Positions 1-13,262 are shown, counted from the first letter of the whole stretch. The stretch is 63,836 bases of DNA, filler included, from Octopus bimaculoides (GCF_001194135.2; 6 parts of 4 records of this genome joined end to end with filler, not necessarily neighbours in it), one strand, 5' to 3'. Notes: generated by a model not told the origin, from the sequence alone. Made by a program: numbers and translations.

Positions 1-64
<64 letters not shown>

Positions 65-170
65 CATACATATACATACACGCACACATATACATATATA
101 TATATTGTATATATGTATATATATTGTATGTATATATATTCATACCCATACATATATATGTGCATATATA
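1..170. repeat. (TA)n/(TACA)n compound microsatellite
   Basis: Direct reading. Confidence 0.95.
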
Positions 171-324
171 CGTGGTTGTGTTTTTGTATGTTTGTAAACC
201 GTATCTTTCGTATATCTATTTAAAGTACAAAGATGTTTGATTTCGGGGTATTTTGCAGCTATTTCTCACTAGTCGATTTACCGTATAAGAGAGTCATTGA
301 ATAATATTGGGATCCTCTATATAT

Positions 325-750
325 ATCCCGATTGATCTGCTAAAAATAGCAGCCAAAACTCCTTTAAATCATACCCTTTCACATCTTAATATTCTGAAGA
401 TATTAGATATTGTTTTCCTATATATTTAAGCAATGTCGGATTAAACAAACGCGACAGTCACAAGCAGAACTGCTTTGATTAAAAAGGTTTACTCAATTAA
501 GTATGTAATTATAAAAACTATAGCGAAACAGGAACGATATCCTATGCGGTCGTTTGACCTGTTAGAAAATAAAAACTATTAACCCTCAAACCATACTCGT
601 CTTAAAAAAAAAAAAAAAAGTAAGGATACATTGATTAATGTCGTCCTGGCTCTACATATTGTTTGATAAAAAGACGATGATCACGGCTGGAAAGCCTTTT
701 ATCATAGTTCTACTCTATCAGAACTGTGCTGGAGCAAAACAATAACAGTC
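325..750 (+). repeat. Two tandem degenerate copies of another interspersed repeat (family E); inverted copy at ~2960-3105
   Basis: TTGATCTGCTAAAAATAGCAGCC versus TTTGACCTGTTAGAAAATAA; GTCACAAGCAGAACTGCTTTGAT versus ATCACGGCTGGAAAGCCTTTTAT. AAGGCATTCCAGCC at ~2965 is the reverse complement of the second motif. Confidence 0.5.
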
Positions 751-1253
751 CAGACGGTTTATATAGCATTCAGGCAGCGGCCATTACTACTTAACAGTCT
801 TATGTTTTTCTTTTTCTTTTGTTATTCTTTCTTGCTTCATTTTTTTTTTGTATTTTAACTTTCTTTCTTTCATTTTTGTTTCTCTTCTTCTATCTTTCTT
901 TTCCCCTTCTAAAAGCATATCCGTTTCCGGTCGTTGCGTGTTTGTTTATTTATTATATGACTTGTGTTATGACACTGTCTTCCGTAGTGTCAAAGGAAGC
1001 GTTTTCTACTGGTGCTTTATATATATATATATATATATATATACAGACGCACACATTTTGTTTTATATTACCTCATTGTTATGTGAAAGCAAAAATCTAG
1101 AAACTAATCGATCTAAATCACATTAACTTGTTGAAGGATGGTGAACAGAAACATAGTAGTAGTTGAACCTGTTGGAAATAGAAGCCATACGTCCCTCAAA
1201 TTTGAAAATTTAGTATCTTAAAAAACACGAAAGACGCTTTCGACTATACAATG

Positions 1254-1291
<38 letters not shown>

Positions 1292-2600
1292 NNNNNNNNN
1301 NNNNNNNNNNNNNNNNNNNNNNNNNNNNNNNNNNNNNNNNNNNNNNNNNNNNNNNNNNNNNNNNNNNNNNNNNNNNNNNNNNNNNNNNNNNNNNNNNNNN
1401 NNNNNNNNNNNNNNNNNNNNNNNNNNNNNNNNNNNNNNNNNNNNNNNNNNNNNNNNNNNNNNNNNNNNNNNNNNNNNNNNNNNNNNNNNNNNNNNNNNNN
1501 NNNNNNNNNNNNNNNNNNNNNNNNNNNNNNNNNNNNNNNNNNNNNNNNNNNNNNNNNNNNNNNNNNNNNNNNNNNNNNNNNNNNNNNNNNNNNNNNNNNN
1601 NNNNNNNNNNNNNNNNNNNNNNNNNNNNNNNNNNNNNNNNNNNNNNNNNNNNNNNNNNNNNNNNNNNNNNNNNNNNNNNNNNNNNNNNNNNNNNNNNNNN
1701 NNNNNNNNNNNNNNNNNNNNNNNNNNNNNNNNNNNNNNNNNNNNNNNNNNNNNNNNNNNNNNNNNNNNNNNNNNNNNNNNNNNNNNNNNNNNNNNNNNNN
1801 NNNNNNNNNNNNNNNNNNNNNNNNNNNNNNNNNNNNNNNNNNNNNNNNNNNNNNNNNNNNNNNNNNNNNNNNNNNNNNNNNNNNNNNNNNNNNNNNNNNN
1901 NNNNNNNCCCCCCCCAGCCATTCGAGGTTCAAAAACTAGTTTTATAGAAACTTCTTTCAAAATTCCTATTTTGTTTTTCACACACTAACTTGTATAGGTT
2001 GAACATGGCGTAGTTCTAACCACTACTCCATGTGCCTCTTTAGCTTGGAGTTACACAACAATTATATAAAAAGAACAACAATGGGCAATGGTGACTTAAT
2101 GGTTGGTACTGTGGAGTAGGGTAGGCCAAGGTAGAATTTGGTATAGTGTGGGTTAGCAATGACATATCATCGTACCCAATATAAAAAACTACGCATAACT
2201 CTCTCCTCCCCACGAAAAGAATGAAAAATACCGTTTAACACAATAAGACCAAAATATTAATTTAATATAAATTGTATACTTATGAATCTGTAAACTTACT
2301 CTTCGTTATATTTCATGCTTGGAATGCATACCCTACAGACTGACATACAATTTTAGCATTACACCCATGCTGAAATAATTCTCCACCTCTGATGCAAATT
2401 TCTCTTAGTAAAATCGTTAGACTCCGTTATCGTCTTGCATGTTCTCTCCATGTTTGTCAAGATAATAGTGTGTTATTTGTGGACAATTTTGTCACTATTT
2501 TTTGCAAACCAAACGGCTGAGGGGCGGATTCAACGTTAATAAATTACATAAATGAGAACTGTTAATATAGAATTGTTAATATAGCATTATAACGTAAATT

Positions 2601-2820
2601 AAGGCGGTGGAGTGGCAGAATGGTTAACACACTGGACAAAATAATGCTAAGCAGTGTTTCGTCGGTCTTTACGTTCTGAGTTCAAATTCCGCTGAGGTTG
2701 TCTTTGCTTTTTATCCTTTCGGGGTCGAATAAATGAGTACCAGTTGACAACTAAGGTCGATGTAATCAACTTAATCAACTACCCCGAATTTGTTGGCTTT
2801 GTGGCAAAATTCGAAACCAT
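2601..2820 (+). mobile_element. SINE family A copy
   Basis: Same head and ATCCTTTCGGGGTCGA..AAATGAGTACCAG core as 43894. Confidence 0.8.
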
Positions 2821-3893
2821 TATAATATAAATTAGAATTTGTTTTAATAGCAGCCGTGAAATTTATGATGATAGTAGCTGGGAGGGTTGGAGGCTTTTTT
2901 TGTGTGTAGTGGGTTGCTTGGATCGTGCTGTTGATGTCAATGTTGAATAAGCTGAGTTCTAAACAAGGCATTCCAGCCATTACCGATTCATCATTTATTG
3001 GTGAGTGGGGGCTGATGGTGCATAGGACTGACTGTATCACAAAATAAGTAGCGGGGTTGACTTGCAGTAGATATTCATCTGTTGTTATTTCTAGGCGGTC
3101 TGACACCGTCGGAGAGATTCCTTTGCTGTTTAGAGGCTTATTAGCATTAGCTATCTCAAAGTATCGAACAAGTGTTTACCTACATGACGGGAAAAACAGA
3201 AATAAAAAGAAAAGGAAAAACAGAAATCATGAATTAAGGAAATAAAAATGAAAGGAGATAACACATAAATGAAGAAAACAATAAGTAAAATTAAATATAT
3301 GTTTATGTATGAACATCATGCATGCGCTGACGTACACGCACGCGCTCACATGTGCATACATACGTACATACACACGTTCATTCATTCATTCATTCATTCA
3401 TACATACATACATAATATATACATACATACATACATGAACATTCACACGGACACGCGTTAATATAAAAGAACAGTTGGGTGGATATTACTCATACAGCAA
3501 TGGATCAAGAAGGTACAAATTATGTTTACCTGTACTTATAATGAACTGTAAGACAGAGCTAATGTCGGTTTGCCGGCACAGTATGAAAATTTTGCTTTCT
3601 CTGAGTCCTTTGAACATTGTTATGACCAAATCTTTGAGTACTTCTTTGAAACCAAGGTATGGATATACATACCTACATACATTAGTACGCACATACAAGC
3701 CATGATGATTGGATACACATGCGTTTCTGTTTCTCCTATGTTCCTTCTCAGTTCTTTTTTCTCCGTCTCTATATTCTGCTTTTTAGAAGAAAGGTGAATA
3801 TACGAAACGTTAAAGACATTGCCATCTTTTTTCTCCATTTCCTGATAATATTTATTAACTAGTTTTTGTTTTGTATTTTCCGTCACTTTTGTA

Positions 3894-3895
<2 letters not shown>

Positions 3896-3951
<56 letters not shown>
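3896..3951. repeat. (CA)n microsatellite
   Basis: Direct reading. Confidence 0.95.
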
Positions 3952-3954
<3 letters not shown>

Positions 3955-4874
3955 TATGTATTACACACAAACAAATATATACATATGTATATAGTTATAT
4001 GTACACAGATATATATGTTGATATATATACATATATCTATATGTATATATACATATATATATGATAAATTTACTAAAATGCACCATGAATATATGCACAC
4101 ACATACGTCTGGGGGAACATATTGTGTAATTTAATTAACTATACATGCTTACATTATTAGCTGACTACTAAGCGACTATATTTCGTCTTACAGATCAGAC
4201 AAGACGACAACACTAATACAGAACAGCTAAAGAAAGGAAAATCTGTTAAAACAGCCTTGATCGATTACCAGGAAATTGCTTGTGGAAATCGAAGTTGAAT
4301 GCCGATAGACATTCCGAAGTCTGCATTAGAAATCTTATCAAAAGATCAATATCTGTATTTTATTGATATGAACAGGTTTGTATGAACAAGTGTGTGTATG
4401 TGCTTGTGTGGGTTTGAGAGTGTGTGTGTGTGTATGTATGTGCATGTGTACATACATATATGCACGTGTGCATCCACACACATACACACGCATACACACA
4501 CGCAAATACATATGTGCACATGTGTTTGAATTTAAAACTAGAGAATAAATACTCAAAAGATTTAGCCGAGTTATATATATTTTGCAGGTAAGCAATATAT
4601 AGCTGACCCTGGGATGATAAAACGCTTAGTGAGCCCTAAGGAAAGTTTGAACACAGTCTATCGCCTTGCTTTGCTGTAGCACACACACACACACACGCAT
4701 ACACACACACACACATACACATGCGCACACACACACAATAGTTATAATTTCATAAGTCCTCCATAATCATTTTCCGTCCAGTAGATTGACTTCATTGGCA
4801 TAAGATGTGGATTCTCACCATTATTATAGATCACTGCCAAAATATGTGGATGCTTTTGATTGGCTAAAGTTTTA

Positions 4875-5010
4875 AAGCACAAGGCCCGAAACTTTTGGGG
4901 AGGGGGTCAGTAGATTAGATCAATCCCAGTACGCAACTGGTACTTAATTTTATCATCCCCGAAAGGATGAAAGGCAAAGTCGACCTCGGCAGAATTTGAA
5001 CTCAGAAAAT
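4875..5010 (-). mobile_element. SINE family A copy (partial)
   Basis: Reverse complement of core: CTGGTACTTAATTTTATC..CCCCGAAAGGATGAAAGGCAAAGTCGACCTCGG. Confidence 0.8.
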
Positions 5011-5069
5011 AAAGACAAATTTTTTCTTTATTAATACTAAAAAAAAAAATGATTTGTGTGTGTGTGTGT

Positions 5070-5305
5070 GTGTGTATTTGTGTGTCTGTGTTTTCCCCCG
5101 TCTCCACACTTGTACTGCGTGACAACCGGTGTTGATGTGTTTGCATTCCCGTAACTTAGGGGTTCTGAAAAACAGAGCGATAGAATTAGTACCAAACTTA
5201 AAAAAATAAAAATAAAAGTACTGGGGGTTGATTCATTCGACTAAAATTTTTCAAGGTGATGCCCCTGCATGGCTGTAGTATAATGACTGAAACAAGTAAA
5301 ATATG
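5070..5305 (+). mobile_element. SINE family B 3' half (degenerate)
   Basis: GTGTCTGTGTTTTCCCCC..GACAACCGG..CCCGTAACTTAG..GCATGGC..TAATGACTGAAACAAGTAAAA. Confidence 0.7.
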
Positions 5306-5399
5306 AAAGATTGAGGGAAAAGAAAAAACAAAATTTTTAAGCATTCGCTCGTTACAAGGTCCTTAGGCCACTGGAAACATAAAAGTTACTAGAATAAAA

Positions 5400-5800
5400 T
5401 GGACGCTAGATAGAAGTCAATATGTGACGGTGTACATTAGACTTAAAAGACTGGAGGTCATATTGAAGAGGAAAACAAGACTGTAGAAAGGAATTCCGAA
5501 GTTCAGAGGTGCAAGCGAAGAAAACTGGTACTGTAAAGTGCTTTATGACACTTAGGAGGTTGCACAGTATACTGGTGAGAATTGGATGCAAGTCTAGTTG
5601 ATCGCTAAGTTCTTAAAGGAGGAACCAGAGAAGAGAGCTCAGCTGAACAATGTCCATAAAAATACTTATAGAAAAGAGACAAACAAGTCACTTGACGACG
5701 ATAAATAGAAGATAAATCGGGACCAATAGCATTACAAATACGGCGTTGAATACGGTCCAACAGAGTTAAACAATCCACAGGATGAGAAGTGAAGAACATA
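5400..5800 (-). mobile_element. CR1/L2-group LINE, 3' end of ORF2 (decayed)
   Basis: LLDRIQRRICNAIG..RRQVTCLSLFYKYFYGHCSAELSSLVPP / TSELRNSFLQSCFPLQYDLQSFKSNVHRH; typical post-RT C-terminus of this group. Confidence 0.7.
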
Positions 5801-6190
5801 AAGGAATATAAATATTGACGGCTTAGAGAGGAAATGAGGAAAATTTCATTCAGTAAAATACTTCTGTCTGTCGGGAGACAGACGGGCCAGAAGCAGACCT
5901 AGAGCAAAAAGAGGAAAAAAGAAAGAAAAACATTGATGAGTCTCGCGAATGGTGACGAAAGAATTTGGGGAAAATCTAGCTGTTTGACTTCATTATCTGA
6001 AAGACTATTCAAACAATCGATCAGTTAATTGTTTAAATGGTTAAACAACGACTAAGGAAAATAAGTAACTGCGTGGTAAGAACTTTGCTTCCGAACAATA
6101 TTGTTCCACTTTCAGGACAAGACAACCCGGAACCATATGGTTGATAAGCAAGCTCCTTACCACACAGCCACTCCTGCACCTATGTGCATG

Positions 6191-6231
<41 letters not shown>

Positions 6232-6233
<2 letters not shown>

Positions 6234-6496
6234 TCTTTACTCTTTACTTGTTTCAGTCATTTGACTGCGGCCATGCTGGAGCACCGCCTTTAGTCGAGCA
6301 AATCGACCCCAGGACTTATTCTTTGTAAGCCTAGTACTTATTCTATCGGTCTCTTTTGCCGAACCGCTAATTTACGGGGCGTAAACACACCAGCATCGGT
6401 TGTCAAGCGATGTTGGGGGGACAAACACAGACGCACAAACATATACACACACATCCATATATATACATATATACGACAGGCTTCTTTCAGTTTTCC
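6232..6496 (-). mobile_element. SINE family B copy (head lost in gap)
   Basis: ACTCTTTACTCTTTACTTGTTTCAGTCATTTGACTGCGGCCATGCTGGAGC..microsatellite..GGCTTCTTTCAGTTTTCC. Confidence 0.85.
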
Positions 6497-6932
6497 NNNN
6501 NNNNNNNNNNNNNNNNNNNNNNNNNNNNNNNNNNNNNNNNNNNNNNNNNNNNNNNNNNNNNNNNNNNNNNNNNNNNNNNNNNNNNNNNNNNNNNNNNNNN
6601 NNNNNNNNNNNNNNNNNNNNNNNNNNNNNNNNNNNNNNNNNNNNNNNNNNNNNNNNNNNNNNNNNNNNNNNNNNNNNNNNNNNNNNNNNNNNNNNNNNNN
6701 NNNNNNNNNNNNNNNNNNNNNNNNNNNNNNNNNNNNNNNNNNNNNNNNNNNNNNNNNNNNNNNNNNNNNNNNNNNNNNNNNNNNNNNNNNNNNNNNNNNN
6801 NNNNNNNNNNNNNNNNNNNNNNNNNNNNNNNNNNNNNNNNNNNNNNNNNNNNNNNNNNNNNNNNNNNNNNNNNNNNNNNNNNNNNNNNNNNNNNNNNNNN
6901 NNNNTATATATATATATATGTATGTATATATA

Positions 6933-6968
<36 letters not shown>

Positions 6969-6984
6969 TGTATGTATGTATACA

Positions 6985-7210
6985 CCAGCGTGTGTTTGTG
7001 TTTGCCACCTTTCACCACTGCTTGATAACCGGTGTTGTGTTTACATCCCGTAGTGTATCGTTTGAGCAAAAGAGGCCGATACAATAAGAACCCAGTTAAA
7101 AAAAAAAATATAAGTACCAGGGTTGATTCTTTTGAGTACAAAAACCCTTCAGGGTGGTGCGCCAGCTTAGCCGGAGTCCAGTGACGGAAACAAGTGAAAG
7201 ATAGAAGATA
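6985..7210 (+). mobile_element. SINE family B 3' half (degenerate)
   Basis: GTGTTTGTGTTTG..GCTTGATAACCGG..GCAAAAGAGGCCGATA.AATAAG..GGAAACAAGTGAAAGATAGAAG. Confidence 0.7.
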
Positions 7211-7893
7211 CAAACCAGTGCGTGGGTTTAGTATTGGCATATTGATTCTCTCGAGAAACAAAATATCAGGTTTGTATAATAAGTATGATGCAAAGGAACA
7301 CTTGTGTATTACAAAGCTTGGAATAAGAGGTCTGACAAAAGAGTATTAAAACCAGAATTGTGAACAATCAATCAATATTCTACCTAAGCACTAGTGTTTC
7401 TATTACGACATAATACCAGTGTATTTTCAGAAAAGATTATCTCCTACACCTGTGACCTCTTCAGTGACTCTCCATCCCACGTGTCTCCTCCTGTTCTGTT
7501 TTGTCCGTTATCTCATAATTGTTTGTTAAAGACTTCAATGAGCTGGAGGGTAGCATTGAAATTGTGATATAATGTGATATAAATAAAAGAGAGAAGCAAT
7601 ATTAGTAAATTATGTCGATGGTAAGTAAATAATAGGTAAGAAGAAAGAAATAGGAACTGTAAAAAAGAGTTTTTCGATGCGTGTTCAGGAAGGAGAAGAG
7701 GAGGCGTAAGAGGGAAGGAAGAAGAGGAGGAGAAAGAAATGTACGTGATAAATAAAGAAGGAATGTTAGGGATAAAGTAATAAGTTAGGTAAATACAAAG
7801 CTGTGGTGGTGGTGGTGATGAATTAGTCGTAGTCGTTGTAAGTACTTTTTCGATAGTGGTCATCAATGTTTGCACGCATGGTATCCATGCAGG

Positions 7894-7939
<46 letters not shown>

Positions 7940-8706
7940 ACCAAGTCTGTACGTTTTTATTCAGAAATGAAACAAATTTAAACTTTAAACTCGTCACCCA
8001 ATTCAAAGTTTTAGGAATCCTCTTGAAGTTAATTTGCAAGAACAGGGACACGCAGACACGCACACACGTACGTAATTTTGCATGTATGTATATATGTATT
8101 TACTTGTACAAGCATGTGTTGCATGTAAGATGTGTGTTTGTATTTGTGCGTGTTCGTAAGTTTACAGTAAGTATAATATGTGAGAGAATGACGCGATAAG
8201 GATCGCGGTAACTGAGTGTGCCTCTCCATACATTGCTATATTTGTAAAAAGTCGATCATAAGTATTGCGTCTTAAATAACCTATATTAATCAATCAACTA
8301 TAATCTCTACATCTTGTGCTGCCCTTACTGCATTATCCATAAGTATTGATTATGTTAATATAGTTTTAGGCACACGCACACACACATTTATTAACTCANN
8401 NNNNNNNNNNNNNNNNNNNNNNNNNNNNNNNNNNNNNNNNNNNNNNNNNNNNNNNNNNNNNNNNNNNNNNNNNNNNNNNNNNNNNNNNNNNNNNNNNNNN
8501 NNNNNNNNNNNNNNNNNNNNNNNNNNNNNNNNNNNNNNNNNNNNNNNNNNNNNNNNNNNNNNNNNNNNNNNNNNNNNNNNNNNNNNNNNNNNNNNNNNNN
8601 NNNNNNNNNNNNNNNNNNNNNNNNNNNNNNNNNNNNNNNNNNNNNNNNNNNNNNNNNNNNNNNNNNNNNNNNNNNNNNNNNNNNNNNNNNNNNNNNNNNN
8701 NNNNNN

Positions 8707-8998
8707 ATACATACGTACATACATACATACATACGTACATACATACGTACATATATACATACGTACATACATACATACATACATACGTACATACTTACAT
8801 ACATACATACATGCATACATACATACATACATACATACGTACATACATACATACATACGTACATACATACGTACATACATACATACGTACATACATACAT
8901 ACGTACATACATACATGCATACATACATACATGCATACATACCTACATACATACATACGTACATACTTACATACATACATACATACGTACATACACAC

Positions 8999-9029
<31 letters not shown>

Positions 9030-9052
9030 CATACATACGTACATACATACAT
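8707..9052. repeat. Long interrupted (TACA)n tetranucleotide array
   Basis: Direct reading; variant units TACG, TGCA, TACT. Confidence 0.95.
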
Positions 9053-9074
9053 GCGAACACATCTTTACTGACAT

Positions 9075-9335
9075 GTACTTTTGAAATATGGTCCAAAGTA
9101 ATGATGTTGTTCGAAACATTTTCAACAGTGCCATCTTATAATCATTGAATGTCTCATAGCAAGAGTTGTTCCATTCCGCTGACTGCTGCTCGATGAATAT
9201 TCGAAATGTATGACTTTCTATATTCATTCCATAAAATCTTGTCCACCTCACCTTTTATTCTTCCAAGGAGGACCCGGTTAAACACGTTGGAAAGGATTGT
9301 GATGCGTCTCCAGTTGATGCAGCTTTCCAGGTTAC
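9075..9335 (-). mobile_element. RTE-clade LINE RT N-terminal fragment
   Basis: SCINWRRITILSNVFNRVLLGRIKGEVDKIL and, shifted, FRIFIEQQSAEWNNSCYETFNDYKMA resemble NYRGITLLS..KVFNRVLL.R...VD and LRIIIEQS.EWN.SLY..F.DY.KAF. Confidence 0.7.
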
Positions 9336-9357
9336 GTTAAAGCCAGAGTTACACTAC

Positions 9358-9750
9358 GAGTGGCTGTGTGGTAAGTAGCTTGCTTACGAACCACATGGTT
9401 CCGGGTTTCAGTCCCACTGCGTGGCATCTTGGGCAAGTGTCTTCTTCTACTATAGCCTCGAGCCGACCAAAGCCTTGTGAGTGGATTTGGTAGACGGAAA
9501 GTGAAAGAAACCCGTCGTACATATATATATATACATATGTATGTGTGTCTGTGTTTGTCCCCCCAACATCGCTTCACAACCGATGCTGGTGTGCTTACGT
9601 TCCCTTAACTTAGCGGTTCGGCAAAAGAGACCGATAGAATAAGTACTAGGCTTACAAAGAATAAGTCCTGGGGTCGATTTGCTTGACTAAAGGCGGTGCT
9701 CCAGCATGGCCACAGTCAAATGACTGAAACAAGTAAATGAGTAAAGAGTA
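9358..9750 (+). mobile_element. tRNA-derived SINE family B with internal microsatellite (reference full copy)
   Basis: Head GAGTGGCTGTGTGGTAAG..GGTTCCGGGTTTCAGTCCC; CORE-like CTTGGGCAAGTGTCTT; internal (TA)/(TG) run at ~9518-9550; tail ..GCTCCAGCATGGCC.CAGTCAAATGACTGAAACAAGTAAA.GAGTAAAGAG. Confidence 0.85.
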
Positions 9751-10129
9751 AGGCTTTTTTTTTTCAAGTCTGTGTAAATTTCTTCACTGATTTAATCCAA
9801 ATTCCAACGATGGAAAGTTGTTGGAACCCACCTCTTTCTTCATAGGAATTATTCAAATATTTTGTTTTCTGATTTTGGCACAAGGCCTTCAAATTTCAAT
9901 GAAGCGGGCACGTCGATGGTATCGAACCGTGTACTTTACTGGTATTATTTTATCAGAAATATTTTAATTCAGGACATAAAGAACTAGAAGAAATGCCGCT
10001 GTTCAACGTGCAAACAATTCTGCCAGTTCATCGCCTTAAGAATTCAAATAATTACATAAAAAAGGATAACATCCAATGCACGCATGTAAACATGTATATA
10101 TAAGTTTGTATGTGTGTGTGTGTGCGCGT

Positions 10130-10444
10130 GTGGCTTAGTGGTTAGGGCATTCGGCTCAGAATTGTAAGGTCGTGAGTTTGATTCCCGGCGACGCATTGTG
10201 TCCTTGAGCAAGACACTTTATTTCACGTTGCTCCAGTCCACTCAGCTGGCAAAAATTAGTAGTACCGGTATTTGAAAGGGCTGGCCTTATCACGCTATGT
10301 GTCACGCTGAGTCTCCCTGAGAACTACGTTAGGGGTACACGTATCTGTGGATTGCTCAGTCACTTGCACGTTAATTTCATGAACAGGCTGTTCCGTTGAT
10401 CGTATCAGCCGGGACCCTCGTCGTCGTAACCAACGGAGTGCTCC
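10130..10444 (+). mobile_element. tRNA-derived SINE family C (CORE-like central motif)
   Basis: A box GTGGCTTAGTGG; B box GTGAGTTTGATTCCC; GTGTCCTTGAGCAAGACACTTTA. A degenerate minus-strand piece lies at ~50790-50840. Confidence 0.75.
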
Positions 10445-11444
10445 TATACAGGCAATTATGCAGATAAACAAATTGAATAACGTAACAGTAGATAAAAATT
10501 TTATGGCGACAAGCGCTTGTGGTACACATGTGTCACTTGGTAAATGTTTGAAGGTGAAAAGGTGTCTAATTTGGGCACAAAACCATCAGTTTTGAAGGGA
10601 GAACGTTTATCAATTAGCTCGCCCTCCAGCTCACTATTGATACTTTACTTTATTGTGTCCGGAGAGATAAAAAGGCTAAGCTGACTTCGGAAGCATTTGC
10701 GTCCAGAATGTTAAAAACAAAGACATACTGAGAAGCAATTTTCCTACGTTTTTAAAGATTCTATCAATTTGCCGTCTAATTAAACTAACTGACAAAAATA
10801 AATATATAAATAGATAAATACCTACCTACCTACATACATACATTCATACATACATTTGCATACATACGTTTATACATACATTTGTATACATACATTTATG
10901 CATACATTTGCATACATACATTCATACATATTAAAAAAAAATTATTGTTTAATGTGCTTCAGTGTGTGTGGATGTATGCATATGTGTATGAGCATGAAAC
11001 TATATGTGTGTGTGTGTGCGCGCGCGTGTGTATGTGCATGTGTACGTGCATGTGTATATTTTCGTGTGTGCGTTTTGTTCTAAATTGTCTTATGGTTTGG
11101 GTTTGTAATTCAAGTTTTACATGTATAATATGTATACATCCAAATATTTGTTACTTGCAATGTACTTTGAATGCTTTGTATTTTCGTGACTAATAAAGAA
11201 ATTATTGTAATAATAATAGTTATTCTTGTTATCATTATTATCATTGTTCTTATCCTTACAGGATCATTTGGTAAAAAAAAAAAAAAAAGTAAATACACAC
11301 CAAAAGATCGCTAGAAGTGTTATTCAGAATTTCCTCTCCCTCTCTCTCACTCATTCTCTCTCTCNNNNNNNNNNNNNNNNNNNNNNNNNNNNNNNNNNNN
11401 NNNNNNNNNNNNNNNNNNNNNNNNNNNNNNNNNNNNNNNNNNNN

Positions 11445-11497
<53 letters not shown>

Positions 11498-11736
11498 TCT
11501 CTCCGAAAGAAATAAAATAAATAAATAGAAATAAAAAAGATCCCTTTTTCGAACATGTAGCCTCTCCTAGTATAGGCATGGTCAGCAGGAGCGCGGAACT
11601 ATCGACATCTCAACGCTTCTAAAAGCAAACTTCGTTTGTTTGTTTATGTTTGTCGTAATTGGAATTTAACATATGATAGCGTCTCATAAAGCGAGATTTC
11701 TATACATCTTAAATTTGCAGAGGAAAATGTAGTGGG

Positions 11737-11813
11737 GGGAGTTTAGCTCAATTGGTCAGAGCACTGTGACGCGTAATCACGGAGATGTGAGTTCGAGTCC
11801 ACAGCTAACCACC
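11737..11813 (+). pseudogene. tRNA-Thr(CGT)-like pseudogene or stand-alone Pol III unit
   Basis: D arm GCTC-AATTGGTCA-GAGC (A box); anticodon arm TGTGA-CGCGTAA-TCACG (anticodon CGT); B box GTTCGAGTCC; T6 at 11819-24. Acceptor and T stems are imperfect, so it is not called a functional tRNA. Confidence 0.6.
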
Positions 11814-12823
11814 TACACTTTTTTCTGCAAAATAGGGGTAGTTTATACTGTTCAGGCTATATATATACATTTATATAAATAAGGGTAAGATCGATATTTA
11901 AATACCAGCGTGGTGGTATCTGTTTGATACCCTAAATCATAATTTCAATAGCGTGGTTTATATCAAATACGAGTCCACTGCATGAGTCAATATATAACAG
12001 ACTGCAGATTTGACCAGTTAAATTACTTGGAATATCTTTTTCTTGGAGTGATCTGTTTAACCAAAAATACGCGGGGAGATGCTTCTAAATCAAGTTACCA
12101 AGATCAACGCCACCTTGCTTGTTTTACTACACAGACAGACAGACAGACAGACACACACACACACACACACATGTACGCATATATACATCATATAAACATA
12201 CACATTCACATGCAATCTTACAAGCCTATATATATAAACAGTCGTAAGAAGTGTTCCTCATTGCAGTATGACGATGATCATGAATATAAATTCCCTGAAG
12301 CGCTGACCGCATGAATTTGAAATTGAGAGACACTATGGAAATTCACAGACACATTCAAGGCCTTCCCATAGACATTGTGATTGCAATGATTAATATATTC
12401 CTATCTCTTCAACACTAGCATATTAACTTTAAGACAGTCTGTCTTCGAATTTAGAATAGTTGGCAGACAATATACACTGGAAGAAATATATACATCTGTA
12501 GGTAAAATTTGACTTCCTTTCAAACGATCCAAGAGTCTTATTAATATTCGTCAAATGTTTCCAAATGCTTAGAGTATTTTTATCTGCAAAACATAAATTC
12601 ATCAATCTTTTCAAAATGTTTTTCCATAAACTTTTTCAAATATTTTCGTTTACTTTCTGGAACCGCATCTTGATAAGAAAACGGAACTTTCAAAACAGTC
12701 TTGTTTGTGATTACAAGAAAGATAAATTGTAGGTATTAGAAATATTAAAAATAAAATGTCATTTTCAATTATTTTTAATTATTTTATAAGAAACAGTGAA
12801 AGATGGCGAGAAAGAAAGAGAGA

Positions 12824-12862
<39 letters not shown>

Positions 12863-13262
12863 TGAGAGAGACAGAGCGAGAAGTATAGTATATCATCAAT
12901 AATACACACACACACGCGCACACACATACATATGTGTATGTATGTATGTATGTGTATACATTTCTCGGATGAGAAATAGTATATTACAATTACAGTTTAG
13001 CCATCTAATACATACATACATACATACATACATACATACATACATACATACNNNNNNNNNNTATATATATATATATATATTTATATATACACATATATAA
13101 AGTGGTGAATCAAGCACTCGGGCTGTTCGGGCTTAGCCTGAGTATAAATTCAGTAAAGTGAACGTCTATTTGCTGATTAATTTCTACCAATACTGACTTC
13201 AAGTATGTAATTTTAGCCGGTAACTCGGCCTCCTTTTGTTGAACCTAGTCGCCGTTCATTTA

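Noticed and set aside
3560-4298. Candidate two-exon mini gene (donor AAG|GTATGG at 3657; acceptor TTACAG|ATC at 4194 giving IRQDDNTNTEQLKKGK...*)
   Set aside because: Splice-like motifs are frequent by chance; no homology, start codon or good upstream acceptor.
5945-5975. TTGATGAGTC...GACGAAA hammerhead-like motif
   Set aside because: Core C3 is mutated and stems I and III are not supported.
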